64,000 nt of DNA, taken from the IMG/VR virus record IMGVR_UViG_3300030390_001550, positions 1 through 64,000 of that record; one strand, 5' to 3'. Position 1 is the stretch's first letter. Every line of letters begins with the position of its first letter. The translations under genes were made by a program, and so were the position numbers. Below the pieces are notes generated by a model, which was given only the letters and a program-made list of their open reading frames with translations, did not search any database and was not told where the DNA came from. Positions 17,898-26,804 of this stretch are shown in pieces. This stretch comes from a virus.

Positions 17898-17936
17898 GAT
17901 TCTTCTTATTATACAGCGATAGTATGATTCTGTCAA
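17898..17936 (-). promoter_or_regulatory. Antisense sigma70 promoter with two GANTC sites
   Basis: Minus strand TTGACA-gaatcatactatcgctg-TATAAT-AAGAAGAATC; no downstream ORF. Confidence 0.7.
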
Positions 17937-17990
17937 TACACTAAAAAGTCTATATGTCGCATCTTAATAGTGTAAAAATTGTCCAGTAAA

Positions 17991-18038
17991 CCACCATATT
18001 TGGTGTTTACAAGTAATCCAAACTACTATATAATGGTA
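17991..18038 (+). promoter_or_regulatory. nrd promoter (TTTACA-17-TATAAT) with tandem putative NrdR boxes
   Basis: CCACCATATTTGGTGT (17991) and CTACTATATAATGGTA (18023), 32 bp apart. Confidence 0.6.
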
Positions 18039-18078
18039 CGGATCACAAACAAAACATAAAAGAAGCGGAGAGATACGG

Positions 18079-19050
18079 ATGCTATTTGAGGAACAAATCG
18101 CCCGAAAGCCAGATTTATACCCATGGACAAAACAGTTCATAGAAGCAATCTGGAAAGGTTTTTGGACACCAGAAGAATTTAATTTTAGATCAGATTACTC
18201 ACAGTTTAAGACTGATCTTACAGAACAAGAACAGCAAATGGTTGTTCGCACTATGTCTGCAATCGGTCAGATTGAAATCGCAGTGAAAAGTTTTTGGGCA
18301 GACGTAGGTAAACATTTACCTCATCCTTCCATAAAAGATTTGGGTTATGCTATGGCAAACTCTGAAGTCATTCATAATATGGCGTATGAAAAAATTCTTG
18401 ATGTTCTTCACATGACTCATGTGTTTGAGGAAAATATGAATGAGAAAGTCATTAAGAATCGCGTTAATTATTTACGCAAATATAATAATAAAGTATATGA
18501 CGATGACCGAAAACAGTACATATATTCGATTATCTTGTTCACATTGTTTGTTGAAAACGTAAGTCTATTTTCACAGTTCTATATAATTATGCATATGAAT
18601 AGAAATAAAGCAGTGATGAAAGATTGCGCCCAGCAAGTGCAGTACACAAGAAATGAAGAAATGCTTCATGCTCAAGTAGGAATTAAATTAATTCAAACAC
18701 TTAGAAATGAGTATCCAGAATATTTTGATGAAGAACTACAACAAAGAGTTAAGCAAGAATGTGTAGATTCACTTAAAGCAGAAAGTAAAGTGATTGATTG
18801 GATTATGGGAGACTATGCAGTAAAGGGTTTAGATGCTAATATTCTAAAATCATTTATCGCATATCGCATGGCAGATTCAGTTGAACAAATCGGCTTTGAT
18901 GGTAGTGATATTAAATATGATCAAGATTTAGTAGACGAAACTTTTTGGTTTGAAGAAGAATTATTGGGTGCTAATATGACAGATTTTTTCCAGAAAAGAC
19001 CTGTTGAATATGCAAAGGGTCAAGGCATCACAGCAGATGATTTATTTTAG
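18079..19050 (+). CDS. nrdB: Ribonucleotide reductase beta subunit (class Id-like)
   Basis: QIEIAVKSFW, SEVIH..AY, ENVSLFSQF, EEMLH, DFF.KRPVEY. Confidence 0.95.
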   Translation: MLFEEQIARKPDLYPWTKQFIEAIWKGFWTPEEFNFRSDYSQFKTDLTEQEQQMVVRTMSAIGQIEIAVKSFWADVGKHLPHPSIKDLGYAMANSEVIHNMAYEKILDVLHMTHVFEENMNEKVIKNRVNYLRKYNNKVYDDDRKQYIYSIILFTLFVENVSLFSQFYIIMHMNRNKAVMKDCAQQVQYTRNEEMLHAQVGIKLIQTLRNEYPEYFDEELQQRVKQECVDSLKAESKVIDWIMGDYAVKGLDANILKSFIAYRMADSVEQIGFDGSDIKYDQDLVDETFWFEEELLGANMTDFFQKRPVEYAKGQGITADDLF

Positions 19051-19059
19051 GAGTATATA

Positions 19060-20703
19060 ATGGGATTTGAATGGGCAAATGAAGACTCACGAACTTTTCT
19101 AAGTCGTGGATATATTGACGGTAATATGACCGTTGAAGAAAGAGTGCGGAATATTGCACAGACAGCAGAAACTATTCTTGATAAAGAAGGTTTCGCTGAC
19201 AAGTTTTATGACTATATGAGTAAGGGTTTTTATTCTCTTTCATCACCAGTATGGTCAAATTTCGGCACTAAGAAAGGTTTGCCCATTTCATGCAATGGAG
19301 TTTATATTGAAGATGATATGGCATCAATCCTAATGAAAAATGCTGAAGTTGGTATGCAAACAAAAATGGGTGCTGGAACATCTGGATATTTTGGTGCTAT
19401 TCGCGCTAGAGGTGAACCCATTAAGTCAGGTGGTACTGCCGATGGGCCAGTTCATTTCATGAACTTGACAGAAACTCAAGTTGATGTTGTTGCTCAAGGA
19501 TCAGTTAGAAGGGGTTCGTTTGCGGCATACATGCCCATTGACTCACCTGATATTATGGAATTTCTTGAATGTAGAGAAGAGGGTTCTTCAATTATGCATT
19601 TGTCTCTAGGTGTTTGTATTAGTGACGAATGGATGGAATCTATGATTTCTGGTGACAACGATAAAAGAACTGTGTGGGCAAGAGTTTTGCGTAAGCGCAG
19701 AGAAAGTGGTTATCCTTATCTCTTTTTCAGTGATACTGTAAATAATAATAAACCACAAGTTCTTAAAGATCAAGATATTCCTGTATGGGCGTCAAACCTA
19801 TGTAGTGAAATTTGCTTACCGTCTAGTGATGAGTGGTCTTTTGTTTGCAACCTAGCATCAATGAATTGCGCGACATTTGATGAATGGTGTGAAACTGACG
19901 CTGTAGAAACTATGATTTGGTTTCTTGATGCTGTAATGGAAGAGTATTGCGAAAAGACTAAAGATATTCAGTTTATGCATTCTGCTTATAATTTCGCAAC
20001 TCATTGGAGAGCCTTGGGTCTTGGACAACTTGGATGGCACACATATCTACAATCTAAAATGATTGCATTTGAATCATTTGAGGCACAAATGTTAAGCATG
20101 AAAATCAGTAAATTTATTGATGATAAATCACTTGAAGCAACAAAAGAACTTGCCATTGAGTATGGTGAGCCGAAAGGTATGTTGGGTACAGGTGAAAGAA
20201 ATCTTACAAGAACTGCTGTTGCGCCAACTACATCATCTTCATTTATTTTAGGTCAAGTATCACCATCTATTGAACCTCTCGCATCAAATTATTTTACTAA
20301 GGATTTAGCAAAAGGTAAATTTACTTATAGAAACCCACATCTAAAAGCGTGTCTACATGACCATGGCGAAAATTCTGACGAAACTTGGAAATCTATTCTT
20401 GTTCGTGGCGGGTCTGTTCAGCATTTAGATTTTCTAACACAAAAAGAAAAAGACGTATTTAAGACTTTTAGTGAGATCACACCGTTGTCAATTGTGCAGC
20501 AAGCAGGAGCAAGACAGAAATATATTGATCAATCTCAATCGCTAAATATACTCATACACCCAGACGTTTCGGCAAAGGATGTAAATTCATTAATAATAGA
20601 GGGTTGGAAACTGGGAGTTAAGACATTTTATTACCAGCGATCAGCCAACCCAGCACAAGAATTAGTACGTGATATTATGACTTGTGCTTCATGCGAAGGA
20701 TAG
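19060..20703 (+). CDS. nrdA: Ribonucleotide reductase alpha subunit (no ATP cone)
   Basis: PISCN, SNLCSEI, VCNL, APTTSSS, KTFYY, C-terminal CASCEG. Confidence 0.95.
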   Translation: MGFEWANEDSRTFLSRGYIDGNMTVEERVRNIAQTAETILDKEGFADKFYDYMSKGFYSLSSPVWSNFGTKKGLPISCNGVYIEDDMASILMKNAEVGMQTKMGAGTSGYFGAIRARGEPIKSGGTADGPVHFMNLTETQVDVVAQGSVRRGSFAAYMPIDSPDIMEFLECREEGSSIMHLSLGVCISDEWMESMISGDNDKRTVWARVLRKRRESGYPYLFFSDTVNNNKPQVLKDQDIPVWASNLCSEICLPSSDEWSFVCNLASMNCATFDEWCETDAVETMIWFLDAVMEEYCEKTKDIQFMHSAYNFATHWRALGLGQLGWHTYLQSKMIAFESFEAQMLSMKISKFIDDKSLEATKELAIEYGEPKGMLGTGERNLTRTAVAPTTSSSFILGQVSPSIEPLASNYFTKDLAKGKFTYRNPHLKACLHDHGENSDETWKSILVRGGSVQHLDFLTQKEKDVFKTFSEITPLSIVQQAGARQKYIDQSQSLNILIHPDVSAKDVNSLIIEGWKLGVKTFYYQRSANPAQELVRDIMTCASCEG

Positions 20704-20706
20704 TAT

Positions 20707-20865
20707 ATGGCGAAGAAAGAAACATTTTATATTGATTGTCCATTATGTCAATATCAAACCCATGTTGAAGTTTTAAATGGTGACAACAATGCAGAGCCAG
20801 AGGCTTGTCCTATGTGTGGCAGTCCTATAGAACTATACACAGAAGATGAAGAAGAAGAAGAATAG
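20707..20865 (+). CDS. Zinc-ribbon small protein (52 aa, not in track)
   Basis: CPLC...CPMCG with acidic tail. Confidence 0.75.
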   Translation: MAKKETFYIDCPLCQYQTHVEVLNGDNNAEPEACPMCGSPIELYTEDEEEEE

Positions 20866-21281
20866 TGTGGTTTTTTGAAAACACAATATTTGAACCAACC
20901 CAAGAGGAATTAGAGCCTTGGGTTGGTTTTGTTTATGAAATTACAGACTTGAGTAATGATAAAAAATATATCGGTAAAAAATTATTTTGGTCAGTGAGAA
21001 GGTTACCGCCATTAAAAGGTAAAAAAAGAAAAAGAATTAAGAGAACTCAGAGTGATTGGATGAATTATTATGGGTCAAATGAAACAGTAAAAATGCTTGT
21101 AGAAAATGAAGGCGCATCTAGGTTTAAAAGAAATATTATTCGGTTGTGTAAATCAAAGGGTATTATGAGTTACTTTGAGGCAAAAGAACAATTTGATAGG
21201 GAAGTCCTTTTCAGTGATGAATATTACAATGAGTTTATAGGCGTAAAAATACACTCAATGCATGTGAAAGGAAAAGTATGA
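20865..21281 (+). CDS. GIY-YIG family nuclease
   Basis: GFVYEIT.....KKYIGKK; YYGSN. Confidence 0.8.
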   Translation: MWFFENTIFEPTQEELEPWVGFVYEITDLSNDKKYIGKKLFWSVRRLPPLKGKKRKRIKRTQSDWMNYYGSNETVKMLVENEGASRFKRNIIRLCKSKGIMSYFEAKEQFDREVLFSDEYYNEFIGVKIHSMHVKGKV

Positions 21282-21426
21282 TGAATAATATATTAAAATT
21301 CCCAAAGCAAGAGATTATAAGCGAAAATGACAGATTATTTTTAGAACTTGAAGATCAAGCGCAGATTATAAAAGATCAAAAAGAAAAAATAAAAAAGATG
21401 GCAGAATCTAAAGAGAGGTCTAAAAA

Positions 21427-21891
21427 ATGTACGAATATAAATGTAAAATCCTAAGAGTCGTTGACGGCGACACAGTAGACATTGATATTGATCTAGGATT
21501 TGGTATCTGGGTTCATAAAGAAAGAGTGCGAATGATGGGAATTGACACGCCAGAATCTCGCACTAGAGACTTGGTTGAAAAACAGTTTGGTTTGGCGAGT
21601 AAAGTGCGACTGAAAGAATTATTGCCTGTCGGATCAATTCAAATTCTTAAAACAGAAATAGATAAATCTGGTGAAGATAAAAAAGGTAAATTTGGCAGAG
21701 TACTTGGTGACTTCTTAATTGAGAGAAAAGTTGGTGGTTCACATGAGCAAAATGTTAGGGTGACTAGTATTATGATTGAAGAAGGTCATGGTGTTAAGTA
21801 TTTTGGGCAGAACAAGGCAGATGTAGAAAAAGATCATATGATAAACAGACAAAGATTATTGCATGAGAAAGTAGTAGTTCTTAATGAGTGA
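21427..21891 (+). CDS. Thermonuclease (SNase) family protein
   Basis: VVDGDTVD, R..GIDTPE, GKFGRVL. Confidence 0.9.
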   Translation: MYEYKCKILRVVDGDTVDIDIDLGFGIWVHKERVRMMGIDTPESRTRDLVEKQFGLASKVRLKELLPVGSIQILKTEIDKSGEDKKGKFGRVLGDFLIERKVGGSHEQNVRVTSIMIEEGHGVKYFGQNKADVEKDHMINRQRLLHEKVVVLNE

Positions 21892-22135
21892 TAACGGCAT
21901 TATAATTCCACAAAAGAAACTTATTGATATTACAGATATTTATGACCAAAGAAATCGCAAGAAAAAGGAACTTGAATTTTATACTACTGAGATGGAAAAA
22001 TTAATGAGGAAGTTAGCAAGGCTCAATCATGAAATTGGTGTTACAGAAACAATAATTTCACTCATAGAGCAAGAAACTGTATTAGATTTGAAAGAAACTA
22101 TTGAAGAAAAAAGGAAATTGTTAAAGGATGATTGA
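21884..22135 (+). CDS. Hypothetical coiled-coil protein
   Basis: ORF coupled to SNase gene. Confidence 0.65.
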   Translation: MSDNGIIIPQKKLIDITDIYDQRNRKKKELEFYTTEMEKLMRKLARLNHEIGVTETIISLIEQETVLDLKETIEEKRKLLKDD

Positions 22136-22191
22136 CTCTTCAAATAATATATGTTAGAATGGTTATTGAATAAAATGGAGATTAAGGTAGA

Positions 22192-23043
22192 ATGATTTTA
22201 ATTGATTATAGCGGTGTCGCTATCTCTAATATAATGGTACAAAGAATTGCTTTAGACGAAAATATTATAAGGCATATGATTTTAAATTCTATTCGCATGT
22301 ATAGGAGTAAGTACAAAAAACAATTTGGTGAGATAGTTATTGTTGCTGACGGTGATGGAAATTGGAGAAAAGATATTTTTCCTCAATATAAATTAGGTCG
22401 TAAAAAATCACGCGATGAATCTCCTATTGATTGGGTAGAAGCATATAGAATTATTAATATGGTCTTTGATGAAATCTCTGAAAATTTTCCTTATAAGACT
22501 ATGAGAGTTTGTGGTTGTGAGGCAGATGATGTAATCGCTAAAATTGCACTAGAAACTCAAGAGTTTGGCAAACATGAAGAAGTGATGATTGTATCATCAG
22601 ATAAAGATTTTGTTCAACTTCAAAAATACTCGAATATTAAACAGTATTCTCCTATAAATAAAAAACATTTAGAAACTAAAAACGCAAAAGCAACTTTAAT
22701 GGAGCATGTTTTTAGAGGATGTAAATCAGATAAAGTTCCAAATATTTTATCACCCGATAATTCTTTTCCTGATGGTATTCGTCAAACGCCAATGACACAA
22801 AAAAAGATTGATGCTTGGATGGCAGCAGATGATCTAAAATCTGTGATGAATGAAGAAACTTATAGAAACTATTGTCGTAATAAAAAACTTATTGATTTAA
22901 CAGAAACCCCTCAAAACATCCAAGAAGATATTATAAATACATACGAGGCGCAAGACCCTTGGTCTAATAAGAGTAAAGTGTTTCCATACCTAGTATCTAA
23001 AAGATGCAGATTATTACTTGAATGTGTACAGGAGTTTATATAA
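22192..23043 (+). CDS. rnh: T4-type RNase H / 5'-3' flap exonuclease
   Basis: ILIDY, WRK..FP.YK..R, EADD.I, SSDKDF.QL, D.VPN. Confidence 0.95.
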   Translation: MILIDYSGVAISNIMVQRIALDENIIRHMILNSIRMYRSKYKKQFGEIVIVADGDGNWRKDIFPQYKLGRKKSRDESPIDWVEAYRIINMVFDEISENFPYKTMRVCGCEADDVIAKIALETQEFGKHEEVMIVSSDKDFVQLQKYSNIKQYSPINKKHLETKNAKATLMEHVFRGCKSDKVPNILSPDNSFPDGIRQTPMTQKKIDAWMAADDLKSVMNEETYRNYCRNKKLIDLTETPQNIQEDIINTYEAQDPWSNKSKVFPYLVSKRCRLLLECVQEFI

Positions 23044-23044
23044 A

Positions 23045-23464
23045 ATGGTGAAGTTAGTTCATGAAGTTATTAGTGCAGCAAGGCAAGCAAAATCGAATCC
23101 AGAAAAAGTAAGGATTCTTCAAAAAGATAATACTGCTGCACTCAGAGACGTTTTAAGAGGAACATATGATAAATTAGTTGTATGGAATGTGCCTAAAGGA
23201 GACCCACCACATAAACCTAGTGATGGTTATAATGATGCATCAAACTTACTCAGACAAAACCGTCAATTTAAGTATTTTGTAAAGGGGCTTGAGGGTGATC
23301 AGTTACCAAAGGTAAAGAGAGAAATGTTATACATTAAACTCTTAGAGTCTATTCACCCAGAGGATGCCAAATTGGTTATTCAAATGACAAACAAAAAAGC
23401 AATAACAGGAGTTCCAAAATCAGTCGTTCTAGAAGCATTTCCAAAATTATTAGTTAAACCCTAA
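23045..23464 (+). CDS. Conserved T4-like hypothetical protein
   Basis: KRE...I.LLES.HP.DA family; late promoter at 22932. Confidence 0.8.
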   Translation: MVKLVHEVISAARQAKSNPEKVRILQKDNTAALRDVLRGTYDKLVVWNVPKGDPPHKPSDGYNDASNLLRQNRQFKYFVKGLEGDQLPKVKREMLYIKLLESIHPEDAKLVIQMTNKKAITGVPKSVVLEAFPKLLVKP

Positions 23465-23492
23465 TGATTTTTATACTAATTTCAATATCTGT

Positions 23493-23527
23493 AATGCTGG
23501 TTGCTCTTTTAGAGTGTCCAGCATTTT
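23493..23527 (+). terminator. Stem-loop/terminator
   Basis: AATGCTGG..GCTCT/AGAGT..CCAGCATT then TT. Confidence 0.55.
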
Positions 23528-23544
23528 ACTTTAAGGAGAATCTT

Positions 23545-23709
23545 ATGTCCAAACAGCAACTTCAAAGACTACAACAAGACAGCGCACACCTTGAAATGTT
23601 CGCAAACAAATTAACGTCTGAAGGTAAACTTGATCTTGTAAAAAAAATAAAAGCAAAAAAGGAATATTTGGACAATTACATTACTACAAAAAGAGTAGAA
23701 GCAGCATAA
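23545..23709 (+). CDS. Small hypothetical protein
   Basis: AAGGAG RBS before ATG 23545. Confidence 0.65.
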   Translation: MSKQQLQRLQQDSAHLEMFANKLTSEGKLDLVKKIKAKKEYLDNYITTKRVEAA

Positions 23710-23777
23710 CTACTTGACAATATCTATTTTTATGGTATAATATTCGTATAGATATAGAGAAAGTTTTTGGAGAAACT

Positions 23778-24008
23778 ATGCCTAATTATACCATAAAAAA
23801 CGTAAAAACGAACGAACATTATAATGTTGACTGCACATATTCGGAGTTACAAGAAATATTAAAAAATTCTGATTTAGTTCAAGGTTTATCTGCTCCACTT
23901 TTGGTGGGCGGCGTAAAAGATATGTTTGGAAAAACGCCTGATGGATTTAAAGATTTAATGAAAAGAACTAAAAAAGGTTCTGGTAGAGGTAATACTATTA
24001 AAACATGA
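23778..24008 (+). CDS. Conserved T4-like small protein (MP.Y.. FmdB-like N-terminus)
   Basis: TTGACA/TATAAT promoter at 23714; PDGFKDL motif. Confidence 0.75.
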   Translation: MPNYTIKNVKTNEHYNVDCTYSELQEILKNSDLVQGLSAPLLVGGVKDMFGKTPDGFKDLMKRTKKGSGRGNTIKT

Positions 24009-24688
24009 AAAAAAATAATTCATTAACCGTCAACCTAGATGAACTTGAAGAAATTGAACCAATTACTCAAAATCAGCGTAAAGCCTTTGACTACTGGGAT
24101 GATGATTCAAATCTAATATTATCAGGAAGTGCTGGTACAGGCAAAACCTTTATAGCATTATATCTTGCTTTAGAAGCAATGCTAAATGATCCAGATATTT
24201 ATCGTAAAATTATTGTTCTTAGATCAGCAGTAACAACACGCGATCAAGGATTTCTTCCAGGAACTAAAGAGGAAAAAGAGTCATCGTATGAAGCACCATA
24301 TCGTTTAGTATGTTCTGAACTATTTGGATTTGAAGGTGCTTATAATAAAATGAAAACCGCAAACAAAATTCAATTTGAAACAACCTCTTTTCTTAGAGGT
24401 TGTACATTTGATCAAGCGATTGTTGTTATTGATGAGATGCAAAATTTAAACTTTCATGAGTTAGATTCTGTTATCACAAGGATTGGTAGAGATTGTCGTG
24501 TCATTTTTTGTGGTGATCATAAGCAAACAGATTTTAAATTTAAAGATGAAAGTGATGGCATCATTAAATTTATGAATATTATTGAACAAATGAGATTCTT
24601 TCGTATTGTAAATTTTGGATGGGAAGATATTGTTAGGTCCGATTTAGTTCGTGACTATATAATGACAAAAGAGATGCTAAATATCTAA
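24005..24688 (+). CDS. phoH: PhoH family ATPase
   Basis: GSAGTGKT, GFLPG, FLRG.TF, DEMQN, GD..QTD, VRS.LV. Confidence 0.95.
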   Translation: MKKNNSLTVNLDELEEIEPITQNQRKAFDYWDDDSNLILSGSAGTGKTFIALYLALEAMLNDPDIYRKIIVLRSAVTTRDQGFLPGTKEEKESSYEAPYRLVCSELFGFEGAYNKMKTANKIQFETTSFLRGCTFDQAIVVIDEMQNLNFHELDSVITRIGRDCRVIFCGDHKQTDFKFKDESDGIIKFMNIIEQMRFFRIVNFGWEDIVRSDLVRDYIMTKEMLNI

Positions 24689-24694
24689 TCGTAT

Positions 24695-24955
24695 ATGGAG
24701 AAAAAAGTGATTGAGATTTATGGAAAAAATAACTGTAGTTATTGTGATAAGTCTGTAGCATTAGTAAAAAAATATAATTTGAAATATGAATATAAAGATG
24801 CAACAGACTTGGATATCTATAGTGAACTATTGGAAAAGATAGGGTCAGTACCCACAGTTCCACAAATATTTTGGAATGGTAATCATATCGGTGGATACGA
24901 AAGACTTGTTGTAGAAATAGAAAACACAAGGGAGTATGGACAAGATGGATTTTGA
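24695..24955 (+). CDS. Glutaredoxin
   Basis: CSYC, TVPQIF, IGGY. Confidence 0.9.
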   Translation: MEKKVIEIYGKNNCSYCDKSVALVKKYNLKYEYKDATDLDIYSELLEKIGSVPTVPQIFWNGNHIGGYERLVVEIENTREYGQDGF

Positions 24956-25787
24956 ATTTACAAAAGAACAACTAAAAGAAATTTTACATAGAGATAGGGA
25001 CGTTGATGAATGGTATGATGCCATGATAGAAATGTTTCCAAAATATGGTATTACGACAAAAAATAGAGTTGCTGGTTTCTTGGCACAAACAGCACATGAA
25101 AGTGCAAACTACAAAACTATTTCAGAAAATCTAAATTATAGTGCAAAGGCACTTGATGCTATTTTTGGAAAATATTTTAAACGCGCTGGTATTTCTCCTA
25201 AAAACTATCATAGAGAACCAGCAATGATTGCTAATCATATTTATGCAAATCGTATGAAGAATGGCGATACCGCATCTGGAGATGGATGGCGTTTTAGGGG
25301 TGGTGGAATACTACAATTAACAGGTAGACATAATTATACCGCATTTGGTAAAAGTGTTAATATGACTGCCGAAGATGCTACCGATTATGTAAGAACAAAA
25401 CAAGGTGCTATTGAAAGTGCTTGTTGGTTCTGGCGTACAAATAATATTAATAAACATTGTGACAATAACGATATTATTACCATGACAAAAAGAATTAACG
25501 GTGGTACTATCGGCTTGGCTGATAGAAAAAAACATTATGCCCATGCCCTTGAAGTTTTCGGAGAGCATTGGGAACCAGGTGATGATACTGATGATATCAC
25601 ATATAACCTTATTCGTAAAGGTTCTAAAGGTGATACTGTAAAAAAATTGCAAGAAGCATTGGGAATTACTGCTGATGGTGATTTTGGATTTGGAACAGAA
25701 GAGGCTTTAAGAGCATGGCAAAAAGTAAACGAATGTACTGTTGATGGTATAGCAGGACCACAGACATTAAAATTAATTTTTTCATAG
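24945..25787 (+). CDS. Endolysin: GH19 lysozyme plus peptidoglycan-binding domain
   Basis: FLAQ.AHES, ENLNYS, FRGGG..QLTGR.NY, TKRINGG; C-terminal DGDFG/DGIAG..T. Confidence 0.92.
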   Translation: MDFEFTKEQLKEILHRDRDVDEWYDAMIEMFPKYGITTKNRVAGFLAQTAHESANYKTISENLNYSAKALDAIFGKYFKRAGISPKNYHREPAMIANHIYANRMKNGDTASGDGWRFRGGGILQLTGRHNYTAFGKSVNMTAEDATDYVRTKQGAIESACWFWRTNNINKHCDNNDIITMTKRINGGTIGLADRKKHYAHALEVFGEHWEPGDDTDDITYNLIRKGSKGDTVKKLQEALGITADGDFGFGTEEALRAWQKVNECTVDGIAGPQTLKLIFS

Positions 25788-25804
25788 GAGTAAGATGAAG
25801 TAAA

Positions 25805-25999
25805 ATGGCAAAATTCGGTAGATATGACCCACGAAATAAGAAGCGTGACCGAAATAAAAATCATTCTCAAAATAAAGATACTAGAATTCGTGAGGTTGAT
25901 GAAAAACCAAGGTTTAATTTAAAAGGTAATAATATAAATTATGCACTTTTAGATGGTATTAATGAGTTTGATGATGAAGATAATGACCCAAGTTTATAA
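25805..25999 (+). CDS. Small hypothetical protein
   Basis: MAKFGRYDPRNKK basic N-terminus. Confidence 0.6.
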   Translation: MAKFGRYDPRNKKRDRNKNHSQNKDTRIREVDEKPRFNLKGNNINYALLDGINEFDDEDNDPSL

Positions 26000-26017
26000 A
26001 AATTAAAAAGGTATATT

Positions 26018-26587
26018 ATGAATAAAGTAATTCTTACTGACTGCGATGGTGTTCTTATGGATTGGGAACAAGCATTTGGTGAATGGATGATTAGTAACGG
26101 ATATATGATTAATAAAGAATATGAAAAATCATATGACATGGCAAAAAAATATAACATAAGTGACGATAAAAAACGCGAACTTGTAAGATATTTTAATGAA
26201 TCATCTCGCATTGGATGGCTCCCACCTCTGAGGGATGCTATAAAATATGTTAAAAAATTACATGAAGAACATGGTTACGTTTTTCATATGATAACGTCAT
26301 TATCTAAAAATCCTTGGGCTGGAAAGTTAAGAGTTGAAAATACTGAAAGACTCTTTGGTAAAAGTGCTTTTGAAAAATACATCTTTCTTGATGTTGGTGA
26401 TGATAAGGGTGAGGAACTTTGTAAATATAATGATAGTGGACTTCTTTGGATTGAAGATAAAAGCGAAAATGCTATTGATGGTGCCGCCGCTGGTTTAGAC
26501 TCTGTTCTTATCGCGCATGATCATAATAAAGAATCTTTTATTCCCAGATACCATACTTGGAGAGAATTATATGAGGTCATTACATGA
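26018..26587 (+). CDS. HAD-family 5'-nucleotidase-like (T4 30.2-like)
   Basis: LTDCDGVL.DW, ITS, WIEDK..N. Confidence 0.85.
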   Translation: MNKVILTDCDGVLMDWEQAFGEWMISNGYMINKEYEKSYDMAKKYNISDDKKRELVRYFNESSRIGWLPPLRDAIKYVKKLHEEHGYVFHMITSLSKNPWAGKLRVENTERLFGKSAFEKYIFLDVGDDKGEELCKYNDSGLLWIEDKSENAIDGAAAGLDSVLIAHDHNKESFIPRYHTWRELYEVIT

Positions 26588-26796
26588 AATCTATTGCTGA
26601 GTTACTTAGTTTAAGATATCAATACGAAAATTATATAGAAAATCTAGAAATTCCAAAAGATAAAAAAATTGGACATATAAATAACCTTGTATGGTTTAAA
26701 GATAATGGGCATGTTAAAAACCGATTTAGAAAAGGTTATGATGAATCAATTCTTATTTGTAAGACCATATTAGATAATTACTATAAGAGAGAATAG
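26584..26796 (+). CDS. Hypothetical protein
   Basis: ATGA coupling. Confidence 0.6.
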   Translation: MKSIAELLSLRYQYENYIENLEIPKDKKIGHINNLVWFKDNGHVKNRFRKGYDESILICKTILDNYYKRE

Positions 26797-26804
26797 ATTG
26801 TAAA

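Noticed and set aside
22653-22660. TATAAATA inside rnh
   Set aside because: Far from any start codon; plausible by chance in AT-rich DNA.
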